52,571 nt of DNA, from positions 1 through 52,571 of the forward strand of contig CAZFQD010000001.1 in the NCBI GenBank assembly GCA_964520885.1. The letters are read 5' to 3'. The notes beneath the pieces were generated by a model. It was not told the origin of the DNA. It saw only the letters and a program-made list of their open reading frames with translations, and made no database searches. Shown in pieces: positions 1-8,727 of the stretch (position 1 is the first letter of the stretch; each line of letters begins with the position of its first letter). This stretch comes from an uncultured Oscillospiraceae bacterium (lineage in GTDB: Bacteria; Bacillota; Clostridia; Oscillospirales; SIG519). The translations under genes were made by a program, and so were the position numbers.

Positions 1-55
1 AGAAAAATAATCTAATTACCCCCTTTATGAAGATAAATAGATTATACGTGAAAAA

Positions 56-1924
56 ATGACATATACAGCAGAAGAATATGATATTGCAGTTATTGGAGCA
101 GGGCATGCAGGTATTGAAGCCGCCCTTTGTTGTGCACGGCTCAATCTAAAAACTATACTTTTTACCATTAACTTAGATGCAGTAGGCAATATGCCTTGCA
201 ATCCATCAATAGGCGGCACTGCTAAGGGGCATTTAGTTTTTGAAATAGATGCTTTGGGTGGGCAAATGGGCAAAGTGGCAGATAAAACTTTTATTCAATC
301 AAGAATGCTAAATAAAGGTAAAGGTCCTGCTGTTCACAGCCTTAGAGTTCAGTCGGACAGGAGAGCCTATCAAGTTCTTATGAAGCATATCATTGAATTG
401 CAAGAAAACCTTGATTTAAAGCAAGCGGAAATAATAGATATTGGTGTTAAAAATGGCAAAGTAACCTCGGTTACTACTCATATTGGAGCAGTTCATAAGG
501 CAAAAGCAGTAATTATTTGCTCCGGAACATATTTAAAAGGCAAAATAATTGTTGGCGATTATGCTTATAGTGGCGGACCTGATGGAATGTTTCCTGCAAA
601 TAGCCTTTCGGATAAATTAAAGGATTTGGATATTGAACTTTTAAGATTTAAAACAGGAACACCTGCAAGAGTTTTAAAAAGCAGTATTGACTTTTCTCAA
701 ATGGAGGAACAAAAGGGAGATGATATTATTGTCCCATTTTCATCTGATACTGAGAATTTAGGACAAAACAAGGTTTCTTGTTATCTAACATATACTAATT
801 TGCAAACTCATAAAATAATTAAAGATAATTTGCACCGCTCCCCACTTTTTGGTGGGAAAATTGAGGGTGTTGGACCACGATATTGCCCAAGTATTGAAGA
901 TAAGGTTGTTCGTTTTGCCGATAAGCAAAGGCATCAACTTTTTATAGAGCCTATGGGTTTAAACACTGAAGAAATGTATGTTCAAGGTATGTCCTCGTCC
1001 TTGCCTGAGGATGTTCAACTTTTAATGCTTCGCTCAATTAAAGGTTTGCAAAAAGTAAAAATTATGCGTAATGCCTATGCTATTGAATATGACTGCGTAA
1101 ATCCATTAGAGCTATTGCCAACTTTGGAATTTAAAAAAACCAAAGGGCTTTATGGTGCAGGGCAATTTAATGGCACAAGCGGATATGAAGAGGCGGCGGC
1201 ACAAGGCTTAGTTGCAGGAATAAATGCCTCATTAAAACTAAAAAACAAAGAGCCTCTAATTTTAGATAGAAGTAGTTCTTATATTGGTATGCTAATTGAT
1301 GATTTAGTTACAAAGGGAACAAATGAACCTTACAGAGTTATGACCTCACGAAGTGAATATCGCCTTATATTAAGGCAAGATAATGCCGACGCAAGGCTTA
1401 CTCCAAAGGGCTATGAAATAGGGCTAATTTCAAAAGAGAGATATGAAAAGTTTTTACAAAAGCAAAAGTTAATAGAAAATGAAATAAGCAGAGCCGAAAA
1501 AGAGAATATACCTCCGACAAAAAAGTTAAATGAAATATTAATTGACAATGAAACTCAGGAATTATCAACAGGGGCAAAACTTGCCGATTTAATAAGGCGA
1601 CCACAATTAAACTATGAAAAATTATCTGAGATAGATAAAAAAAGGCCAAATCTAAAAAGCGAAATTTTTGAGAGTGCAGAAATAGCAATAAAATATGAGG
1701 GCTATATAAAAAGACAACTAATTCAAATTGAACAATTCAAAAAAATTGAGCAAAGAGAATTGCCAAAGGAAATAGATTATTCAAAAATAAAAGGGCTAAG
1801 AATTGAGGCAGGACAAAAATTAAACAAAATCAAGCCTTTAAATTTAGGTCAAGCCTCACGAATTTCGGGAGTAAGCCCTGCCGATATTTCTGTTTTGCTT
1901 ATTTACTTAGAGCAGAATAAGTGA
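56..1924 (+). CDS. mnmG: tRNA uridine 5-carboxymethylaminomethyl modification enzyme MnmG (GidA)
   Basis: 622-aa ORF with an N-terminal FAD fold ([15 protein letters not shown]), the family-typical CNPSIGG.AKGHLV.EIDALGG block and a full-length C-terminal helical domain. Confidence 0.95.
   Translation: MTYTAEEYDIAVIGAGHAGIEAALCCARLNLKTILFTINLDAVGNMPCNPSIGGTAKGHLVFEIDALGGQMGKVADKTFIQSRMLNKGKGPAVHSLRVQSDRRAYQVLMKHIIELQENLDLKQAEIIDIGVKNGKVTSVTTHIGAVHKAKAVIICSGTYLKGKIIVGDYAYSGGPDGMFPANSLSDKLKDLDIELLRFKTGTPARVLKSSIDFSQMEEQKGDDIIVPFSSDTENLGQNKVSCYLTYTNLQTHKIIKDNLHRSPLFGGKIEGVGPRYCPSIEDKVVRFADKQRHQLFIEPMGLNTEEMYVQGMSSSLPEDVQLLMLRSIKGLQKVKIMRNAYAIEYDCVNPLELLPTLEFKKTKGLYGAGQFNGTSGYEEAAAQGLVAGINASLKLKNKEPLILDRSSSYIGMLIDDLVTKGTNEPYRVMTSRSEYRLILRQDNADARLTPKGYEIGLISKERYEKFLQKQKLIENEISRAEKENIPPTKKLNEILIDNETQELSTGAKLADLIRRPQLNYEKLSEIDKKRPNLKSEIFESAEIAIKYEGYIKRQLIQIEQFKKIEQRELPKEIDYSKIKGLRIEAGQKLNKIKPLNLGQASRISGVSPADISVLLIYLEQNK
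1739..1924 (+). repeat. Direct repeat copy 1: intact last 62 codons of mnmG (partner 8006-8191)
   Basis: Hand alignment to 8006-8191: 186 nt, no indels, 19 mismatches. Confidence 0.85.
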
Positions 1925-1961
1925 TATAATTAAGATATATTTAGTTAAATGGGGGATGATT

Positions 1962-4900
1962 ATGAAAATTAATAAAAAACTAATAAAAATAGTGTCAATT
2001 AATTTACTTACCCTTGTTTTTATATTTAGCAATATTTTTGCATCCTTTGTTATTGTTTCAGGAGAACAGGTAACGGTTAATGAAGTTATAAATATGATTG
2101 ACCAATTGCCAAATACTTACTCAGGGTTGCCATTAGTAAATGGTGAAATAGATGAGATTACTTATTCAACAAATGCTTTGCCGTTTATAAAAGATACTTC
2201 TGTTGCTTTTGAGGGAATTAATCCAATTAAGATTACCTCTGAGTCTGGTGGCAGTGATGAAACTACTTTCGGCAAAACATTTGCCTCTTCGCAAGATTTA
2301 TCCGATTTAGATAATATTGAAATGTTGCTTTGGTTTTATGAACAAAATCCTGAATTATATTTAAGCAGTTTTAGAATTGACTTAGTAACATCAGCGGGTA
2401 ATTATTTTTATAAGTATGTTGATGGTTCATATTGGAAAAGATGCCCCGGTGCATCAAGAATAAGATATAATATATCAGAATTTAAGATATATGGAAATCC
2501 GGATTTATCTAATATCAATAGTTTTAACTTGCGGATAAAAGGCGTTGACTATATGGTTGAGAGTTTAGGGCTTTTTTCCGTAACCTACAATGCAAGGAGC
2601 ACCCCAAAAGTAATACTTACCTTTGATGACGGATGGCAAGATAATTATGATAATGCTTTTCCTATTTTAGAAGCACAAGGTTTTAAAGGGGTATCTTATG
2701 CTGTAAGTGATTTCGTTCAAGGAAACGACCCTAATTATATGAGAAAACCAACCCTTGACATTCTTTACAATGCAGGCTGGGATATATCAAATCACTCAAA
2801 GCACCATGAAAATTATAAGATAACCCCCGGAGCAAATGCGGAATATATGGGGACAAGCTACAAAACTTGTCTTGACTTTCTTTTAGATTGTGGCTATGAG
2901 AGAAGTGCAAGATATGTTTGTTATCCGGATGGTAGTTTTGATGATGAATTAATTCCATATTTAAAGGATATAGGTATAGTTTCTGCAAGAACCACAAGAA
3001 TTGGCTATAATGCAGAGCCTTATACTGATTTGTACAAATTAAAACAGTATACAATTGGAGCTGTCACAACCTTTGGAGTTGACAATTCTTCTAATGATAT
3101 TAAAGCCTGTATTGACCGTGCAATTGCTTCGGGGCAAACTATGTCAGTAATGATGCACCGAGTTTCGCTTGATAACCAAATGAATATCTCAGGAGATAGC
3201 ACTAATTCTATAAAAACATCTGTAACTATGTTAACTCAAGTTGTTCAATATTTAAAAGATACAGGTGTTAAAGTTTGCACAATGAGTGAGTGGTATGATG
3301 AGCTACCCTCTATAAAAACATTAACTCTTTTTGATAAATATGATGTATATAATGCAAAAACAGCATATGACCAACTATATTCAGAGCAAAAAGCATTAGT
3401 TACAAATTATAAAAACCTTACCGACGCTATAATTAAAATAGAACAGCTTCAAGGTGAAGCATTGCAACAAGTTATTGATGAAATTTTTGCTTTGCCTTTA
3501 GTAGAAAACTTAACATTAACTGATAAATCGGCGATTATTAAAACAAGACAATATTATGAATTGTTAACGCAACAACAAAAGGAATTAGTTACTAATTATT
3601 CTATTCTTGTTGATGCCGAACAAGCAATTTATTATCTTGAAATAAATACTATTATAGAAAAAATAGATTTTTTGCCAAGTGTAGAAAATTTAGTTCTTTC
3701 GGATAAAACAAGAATAGCATCAATAAGAGAAAATTATAACAATTTAACTACCGAGCAAAAATTACTTGTAACAAATTATGATAAGCTTACAAGTTTAGAA
3801 GCTAAAATATTAATTCTTGAGGATAATGCAGTTTTTGAAATAATTGATTTAATTTATGCTTTGCCGGACATTCAATATTTGGTTCTTGAAGACAGAGCAT
3901 TCGTAGAAGAAGCAAGGGCAAAATATAATATATTAGATGATATTTTAAAAGTTCGTATTAGCAATTACGAAACACTTCAAAAAGCAGAATTATCAATTGA
4001 TAATCTTTTAGCAGAGCAAGTTGTTGATAAAATTAACGCATTACCAATTAACAATTCAGGTATAACTTTAATAAATGGGAAATTAGATGATATTACTTAT
4101 TCAACTAACACCTCGCAAATTATTAAAGACACTTCAGTTAGTTTTGAAGGAGCTTACCCTATTAAAATTACATCAGAAAGCGGGTCAAATATAACTCCAA
4201 CTACATTTGGAAAAACATTTGAATTTTCAAAAGATTTATCAGATTTAACTAATATCGAAATGTTACTTTGGTTTTATGAACAAAATCCCGAATTATATTT
4301 AAGCAGTTTTAGAATTGACTTAGTAACATCAGCGGGCAATTATTTTTATAAGTATGTTGATGGTTCGTATTGGAAAAGATGTCCCGGTGCATCAAGAATA
4401 AGATATAATATTTCAGAATTTTTAACAGTTGGTTCTCCCGATTTGTCTAATATCAATAGTTTTAACATACGAATTAAAGGTGCTGAAGGTATGATTGAGA
4501 GTTTGGGGATTTTTTCAATAGACTACAATGCAAGTAGCTCTCCAAAGGTAATTTTAACATTTGATGACGGATGGCAAGATAATTATGATAATGCTTTTCC
4601 TATTTTAGAAGCACAAGGTTTTAAAGGGGTATCTTATGCTGTAAGTGATTTCGTTCAAGGAAACGACCCTAATTATATGAGAAAACCAACCCTTGACATT
4701 CTTTACAATGCAGGCTGGGATATATCAAATCACTCAAAGCACCATGAAAATTATAAGATAACCCCCGGAGCAAATGCGGAATATATGGGGACAAGCTACA
4801 AAACTTGTCTTGACTTTCTTTTAGATTGTGGCTATGAGAGAAGTGCACGATTTTTAAGTTATACCGATAGCAATTCAGATGACGAATTAATTCCATATTT

Positions 4901-6158
4901 AAAAGATATGGGAATTGTTTCGGCAAGAACAACAAGAATAGGATATAATACAGAGCCCCCGGTGGACTTATATAAATTAAAGCAGATTACAATTGGGGCT
5001 GATACAACCTTTGGAGTTGACAATTCTTCTAATGATATTAAAGCTTGTATTGACCTTGCTATAGCCTCAGGGCAAACGATGGCAATAATGATGCATCGAG
5101 TTTCGCTTGATAGCCAAATGAATGCACCCGATGATTCTTCAAATTCAATAAAAACCTCAGTAACTATGTTAACTCAAGTTGCACAGTATTTAAAAGATAT
5201 AGGTGTTGAAGTTTGCACAATGAGTGATTGGTATAATGAATTAGAAACTACTGAAAAATTAACTCTTGCAAATAAAACAGAAGTGTCAGATGCAAGAGCT
5301 TCATATAATCAATTATCGCAAAGCCAAAAGGAATTTGTAACAAATTATAAAACTCTTTTAGTTGCCGAAACTATACTTTCACAATTATCTAATGAAGCCT
5401 TGCCAAAAGTAATTGATGAAATTTCGGCATTGCCTTCATTAGAAAACTTAAAGATAGAGCATAAATTTGCAATAGAAAAGGCAAGACAAGATTATGAATT
5501 TTTACCGTCAGAACAAAAGCCACTTGTTACAAACTATTCTAAACTTTTAGGAATAGAAAGCAAGTTTGAACAGCTTAATAATGCAGTAAATATTATTATT
5601 GGGTATGCCGACAATAATAACGCAAATTCATTGACCATTTCACAGTTATCAGCGGTTGGGGTAACCAAAGCTTATGAAGAAAATTTGGCAGAATACAAAA
5701 CTGAAATAGAAAACTCAACAGAAATTTCAGTAAACACAATTTCAAAAATCCAAGCAATAATTGACACAGTAAATACTCCAATAATAACTATAAATTCTTA
5801 TATAACTACCCAAACAAATCAAAATATTATAGTTACAGCTTCAACCAGTAAAGGAATACTAAATTCTTATAGTTATACTTTTACTAAAAATGGAAGTTTT
5901 GAATTTATTGCTACTTATAAAAATGAATATATTGTTAAAAAAACTGTTACAATTACAAATATAATTATTAAGGGCGATGTAACAGGTGATGGAATTGTAA
6001 ATGCACTTGATTTATTACAGCTTAAAAAACATCTTTTAGGCCAAGTATCAATAACAGGCAGTAAGGCTTTAGCGGCAGATGTAACAGGTGATGGCAAAAT
6101 AAACGCACTTGATTTGTTAAAACTTAAAAAATATCTTTTAGGTCAAGTTCAATTATGA
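1962..6158 (+). CDS. Secreted multidomain protein: 2 x [beta-rich module + NodB/CE4 polysaccharide deacetylase], helical linker repeats, Ig-like module, C-terminal dockerin
   Basis: Start moved to ATG 1962 (GGGGG RBS at 1951-1955; hydrophobic N-terminus MKINKKLIKIVSINLLTLVFIF). Two copies of TFDDGWQDNYD...SNHSKHH (NodB motifs 1-2). Repeated ~57-aa helical units contain QK.LVTNY. The C-terminus carries two DVTGDG.(I/V)NALDLL.LKK.LLG calcium-loop segments. Confidence 0.8.
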   Translation: MKINKKLIKIVSINLLTLVFIFSNIFASFVIVSGEQVTVNEVINMIDQLPNTYSGLPLVNGEIDEITYSTNALPFIKDTSVAFEGINPIKITSESGGSDETTFGKTFASSQDLSDLDNIEMLLWFYEQNPELYLSSFRIDLVTSAGNYFYKYVDGSYWKRCPGASRIRYNISEFKIYGNPDLSNINSFNLRIKGVDYMVESLGLFSVTYNARSTPKVILTFDDGWQDNYDNAFPILEAQGFKGVSYAVSDFVQGNDPNYMRKPTLDILYNAGWDISNHSKHHENYKITPGANAEYMGTSYKTCLDFLLDCGYERSARYVCYPDGSFDDELIPYLKDIGIVSARTTRIGYNAEPYTDLYKLKQYTIGAVTTFGVDNSSNDIKACIDRAIASGQTMSVMMHRVSLDNQMNISGDSTNSIKTSVTMLTQVVQYLKDTGVKVCTMSEWYDELPSIKTLTLFDKYDVYNAKTAYDQLYSEQKALVTNYKNLTDAIIKIEQLQGEALQQVIDEIFALPLVENLTLTDKSAIIKTRQYYELLTQQQKELVTNYSILVDAEQAIYYLEINTIIEKIDFLPSVENLVLSDKTRIASIRENYNNLTTEQKLLVTNYDKLTSLEAKILILEDNAVFEIIDLIYALPDIQYLVLEDRAFVEEARAKYNILDDILKVRISNYETLQKAELSIDNLLAEQVVDKINALPINNSGITLINGKLDDITYSTNTSQIIKDTSVSFEGAYPIKITSESGSNITPTTFGKTFEFSKDLSDLTNIEMLLWFYEQNPELYLSSFRIDLVTSAGNYFYKYVDGSYWKRCPGASRIRYNISEFLTVGSPDLSNINSFNIRIKGAEGMIESLGIFSIDYNASSSPKVILTFDDGWQDNYDNAFPILEAQGFKGVSYAVSDFVQGNDPNYMRKPTLDILYNAGWDISNHSKHHENYKITPGANAEYMGTSYKTCLDFLLDCGYERSARFLSYTDSNSDDELIPYLKDMGIVSARTTRIGYNTEPPVDLYKLKQITIGADTTFGVDNSSNDIKACIDLAIASGQTMAIMMHRVSLDSQMNAPDDSSNSIKTSVTMLTQVAQYLKDIGVEVCTMSDWYNELETTEKLTLANKTEVSDARASYNQLSQSQKEFVTNYKTLLVAETILSQLSNEALPKVIDEISALPSLENLKIEHKFAIEKARQDYEFLPSEQKPLVTNYSKLLGIESKFEQLNNAVNIIIGYADNNNANSLTISQLSAVGVTKAYEENLAEYKTEIENSTEISVNTISKIQAIIDTVNTPIITINSYITTQTNQNIIVTASTSKGILNSYSYTFTKNGSFEFIATYKNEYIVKKTVTITNIIIKGDVTGDGIVNALDLLQLKKHLLGQVSITGSKALAADVTGDGKINALDLLKLKKYLLGQVQL
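2622..2909 (+). repeat. Intragenic duplicate block, copy 1 (100% identical to 4560-4847)
   Basis: Base-by-base comparison: 288 nt identical at a constant offset of 1938 nt. Flanking sequence of the duplicated module is only ~75-96% identical. Confidence 0.95.
4560..4847 (+). repeat. Intragenic duplicate block, copy 2 (100% identical to 2622-2909)
   Basis: Same comparison as for copy 1; the block lies in the second NodB module. Confidence 0.95.
5973..6155 (+). other. Dockerin module (two EF-hand-like segments) at the C-terminus of the deacetylase protein
   Basis: GDVTGDGIVNALDLLQLKKHLLG ... ADVTGDGKINALDLLKLKKYLLG, the canonical duplicated dockerin pattern. Confidence 0.75.
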
Positions 6159-6172
6159 TGGGAGTGAAAAAT

Positions 6173-7948
6173 ATGAAAAAATTTATCTCTTTATTAGTAT
6201 CACTTTTAGTCTTTGGTTCAACATTAATGTTACCATCCTTTGCAACCTCTAAAAGCACAGTTATTTCATTGGTTCCCACAAATACAACTGTTAGAATAGG
6301 CGATACTATTACAATTACAGGTAAATTTAATGGAAATGCAATGGTGGGAACATTTAATGTTTATGTAAAATACAATGTCACACAATTACAATATAAAAGT
6401 GTTGAGGGTATCTCACCTTCAATAAAAGCCGGCGAACTTGATGCTGTTAGTAGTAGTGGTAGCATACAACTTTTATACCTTGATGCTGATGGTGGCGAAA
6501 CGGGTATACTATCTGCAAATGCTTTTAAGTTAACTTTTAAAGTGGTTGGCGGAAATGTTGGAGATACTATTTCTGTAAATACACAAGTTGATACAGTAGG
6601 CGATGTAAACGTAACTGAAGTGGAAACATCGGTAGTTGCTGCTACAATGAAAATAGCCGCACCACTTTCAACAAATAATTATCTAAGTAGTTTAAGCATA
6701 GATAACGGCACTCTTTCACCTTACTTTAAAAAAAGTGTAACTACTTATAATGTTTCTGTGCCGTTTACTGTTTCAAAGTTAAATGTAAATGCAAAAGCCG
6801 AGGACACTAATTCAAAAGTTTCTATAAATAACCCAACTCTTACACCTAATTCAACCACAAATATTACTGTGTTAGTTACTGCTCAAAATGGTGCTAAAAA
6901 AACTTATACAATTAAGGTGGCAAGAGCCAAAGACCCTAATTATCAGCAAAGTAGCAATAATTATCTTTCAAGTATAACAGTTAATCTTAGTATGCTTTCT
7001 CCAATTTTTAATAAAGATGTAACAAGTTATGTAGTTTGGTTGCCATATGAAACGGATAATATTGTGGTTGCAGGCACTGCCGAAAACAACAAAAGCACAG
7101 TAAGTGTTATCGGTGGTAGCAACTTAGAAGCGGGTAAAGATAATACTATTACACTTGTTTGCACAGCAGAAAATGGGGATGTTAAAACATACACCATAAT
7201 TGCTAAAAGAGCGTCAGAAGATTTTAGCCAAACTCCAACGCCAACGGGAACTCCAACCTCTTTAGATATTGAAAAGATTAAAAATGAAATCTCAGTTGCA
7301 CAAAAATCTCAAGTTAGCAAGACAGTAAATGTTGATTTAAGTAATAGCGGTTCAAAACTACTTGACAATTTATTTTTTAACCAACTTTCAAGTAGTAAAG
7401 ATGTAATAGTAAATATAAATTTAGGTGGAGCAAAAATAGTATTTGAGGGCAAAGAAACAACAGTTCTATCAGAGCAAAAAACCTATGATTTTTCATATGT
7501 TAATAATAGCCAATATAAAGATATAATGATAAAAGATGTAGGTAGTGAAAACGATATATTTACATATTCATTTGCTTATCACGGAGACTTGCAAGGATTT
7601 GCAACATTTAATATTTACACTAATTTTGTTTCTGGCGATAAGGTTAATGTTTATAAGTATGATGCAGAAAAACCACAATATATTTTAATTGCCCAAAACA
7701 TAACTGTTGGCACAGGTGGTGTGGTTACATACATTAATAACTCTTGCTCAGATTATTTAATTACAAAAAATACAATTGCAAATGCTTTAAAATCCGATGT
7801 TATTGCAAAACAGGTTTTGCAAAACACAAGTGATGATTTTTTATTAAATATAGTAATATTTGCTGTAATATGTGTATTAATTTTAGCATTAGGTATTTTT
7901 ATTGGATATAATATTAAAGTCAATAGAACACAAAACAATATAATTTAA
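6173..7948 (+). CDS. Membrane-anchored cohesin-domain protein with two cadherin-like beta-sandwich repeats
   Basis: Start moved to ATG 6173 (GGGAG RBS 6160-6164; signal peptide MKKFISLLVSLLVFGSTLMLPSFA). aa ~35-170 show a cohesin-like pattern (RIGDTITITGKFNGNAMVGTFNVYVKYN..LQYKSV; FKLTFKVVGGNVGDTISV). Two NNYLSS(L/I)..G.LSP.F...VT.Y.V.(V/L)P ... KTYTI units follow. There is a TP-rich linker and one C-terminal TM helix (IVIFAVICVLILALGIFIGY). Confidence 0.65.
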   Translation: MKKFISLLVSLLVFGSTLMLPSFATSKSTVISLVPTNTTVRIGDTITITGKFNGNAMVGTFNVYVKYNVTQLQYKSVEGISPSIKAGELDAVSSSGSIQLLYLDADGGETGILSANAFKLTFKVVGGNVGDTISVNTQVDTVGDVNVTEVETSVVAATMKIAAPLSTNNYLSSLSIDNGTLSPYFKKSVTTYNVSVPFTVSKLNVNAKAEDTNSKVSINNPTLTPNSTTNITVLVTAQNGAKKTYTIKVARAKDPNYQQSSNNYLSSITVNLSMLSPIFNKDVTSYVVWLPYETDNIVVAGTAENNKSTVSVIGGSNLEAGKDNTITLVCTAENGDVKTYTIIAKRASEDFSQTPTPTGTPTSLDIEKIKNEISVAQKSQVSKTVNVDLSNSGSKLLDNLFFNQLSSSKDVIVNINLGGAKIVFEGKETTVLSEQKTYDFSYVNNSQYKDIMIKDVGSENDIFTYSFAYHGDLQGFATFNIYTNFVSGDKVNVYKYDAEKPQYILIAQNITVGTGGVVTYINNSCSDYLITKNTIANALKSDVIAKQVLQNTSDDFLLNIVIFAVICVLILALGIFIGYNIKVNRTQNNII

Positions 7949-8005
7949 TTGTTTTTATATTTTACCTTAGTTTTTCATATTCCCTCATTATTAAAAATAT
8001 ATTTT

Positions 8006-8191
8006 AAAAAAATTGAGCAAAGAGAATTATCAAAGGAAATAGATTATTCAAAAATCTAAGGGCTTAGAATTGAGGCAGGGCAAAAACTAAACAAAAAAAA
8101 GCCTTTAAATTTAGGTCAAGCCTCGCGAATTTCGGGAGTAAGCCCGACGGATATTTCGGTTTTGCTAATATATTTAGAGCAGAATAAATAA
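8006..8191 (+). pseudogene. mnmG: Displaced remnant of the mnmG 3' end (direct repeat copy 2)
   Basis: Collinear with 1739-1924 (167/186 nt identical). In-frame TAA at 8057-8059. No upstream gene body. Confidence 0.85.
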
Positions 8192-8360
8192 TGATATGAA
8201 TGTAATGAGGAATTAGGAATGAGAAATTTAGGTGACAAAATTTTTTTCTTTATTATGTTATTTTCTTATATCTTTTAGGCTAAGGGTGAATGGTTAAAGT
8301 TTAATGACAAAAATGTTATTCTACAACTAAATTGTCATTGCGAGTGTAACGAAGCAATCT
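8192..8360 (+). repeat. Composite intergenic repeat: heptamer array + conserved core + palindrome
   Basis: Heptamer units GAATGTA/ATGAGGA/ATTAGGA/ATGAGAA (8198-8232). Core ATTTAGGTGACAAAATTTTTTTCTTTAT (8226-8253). Palindromic GTCATTGCGAGTGTAACGAAGCAATC (8334-8359), which recurs at 24572-24597. Confidence 0.6.
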
Positions 8361-8419
8361 TAAAATTATTTAATATAATAAATTAATATATGTATAAATA
8401 AAGTTATTTTCAAAATAAA

Positions 8420-8448
8420 ATGACAATAAAATATATTTGTGATATAAT
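8420..8448 (+). promoter_or_regulatory. Putative sigma-A-type promoter for the glmS ribozyme and glmS
   Basis: ATGACA (8420-8425), 17-nt spacer, TG-extended TATAAT (8440-8448). Confidence 0.45.
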
Positions 8449-8517
8449 ATAAAAGTTAAAGAATAAAAGGAGGGCAGAATAGAACTTTAACTTAAAATTA
8501 AATAATAGAATATTTAA

Positions 8518-8672
8518 AGCGCCAGAACCGAAATTTTTTATCGGTTGACGAGGAAAGGGATTATCGAAATTATCGGCGGATACCCTTCGGCTATTTGCGT
8601 AATGGTCGTTAGGCTTTTTGTAAAAATTATGGGTAACCATAAAACAAAGCAAAAGCCAATACTACGCAATTT
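8518..8672 (+). ncRNA. glmS ribozyme: glmS ribozyme (GlcN6P-dependent self-cleaving riboswitch)
   Basis: Conserved core strings in order: A|GCGCCAGAAC, CCGA..TCGG hairpin, GGTTGACGAGGA, TATCGAAATTATCGGCGGATACCC, and closing helix TTGCGTA...TACGCAA. It lies immediately 5' of glmS. Confidence 0.85.
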
Positions 8673-8727
8673 TTATGCCCAAAAACAAGATATTAAAAAT
8701 AAATTTAACTTTGAAAGGAATAAATAT

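Noticed and set aside
6155-6172. ATGA-overlap start (6155) for the cohesin ORF, implying translational coupling
   Set aside because: The signal peptide begins at MKKFISLL (6173), which has a GGGAG RBS at the proper spacing. The 6155 start would add six residues before the signal peptide. It is possible but less likely.
8410-8727. Track ORFs 8410-8652 (-) and the N-terminal 61 codons of the 8545-10539 ORF
   Set aside because: This stretch is the glmS ribozyme and its promoter. GlmS must begin with Met-Cys (MCGIVGY, 8728), so the extension is non-coding.
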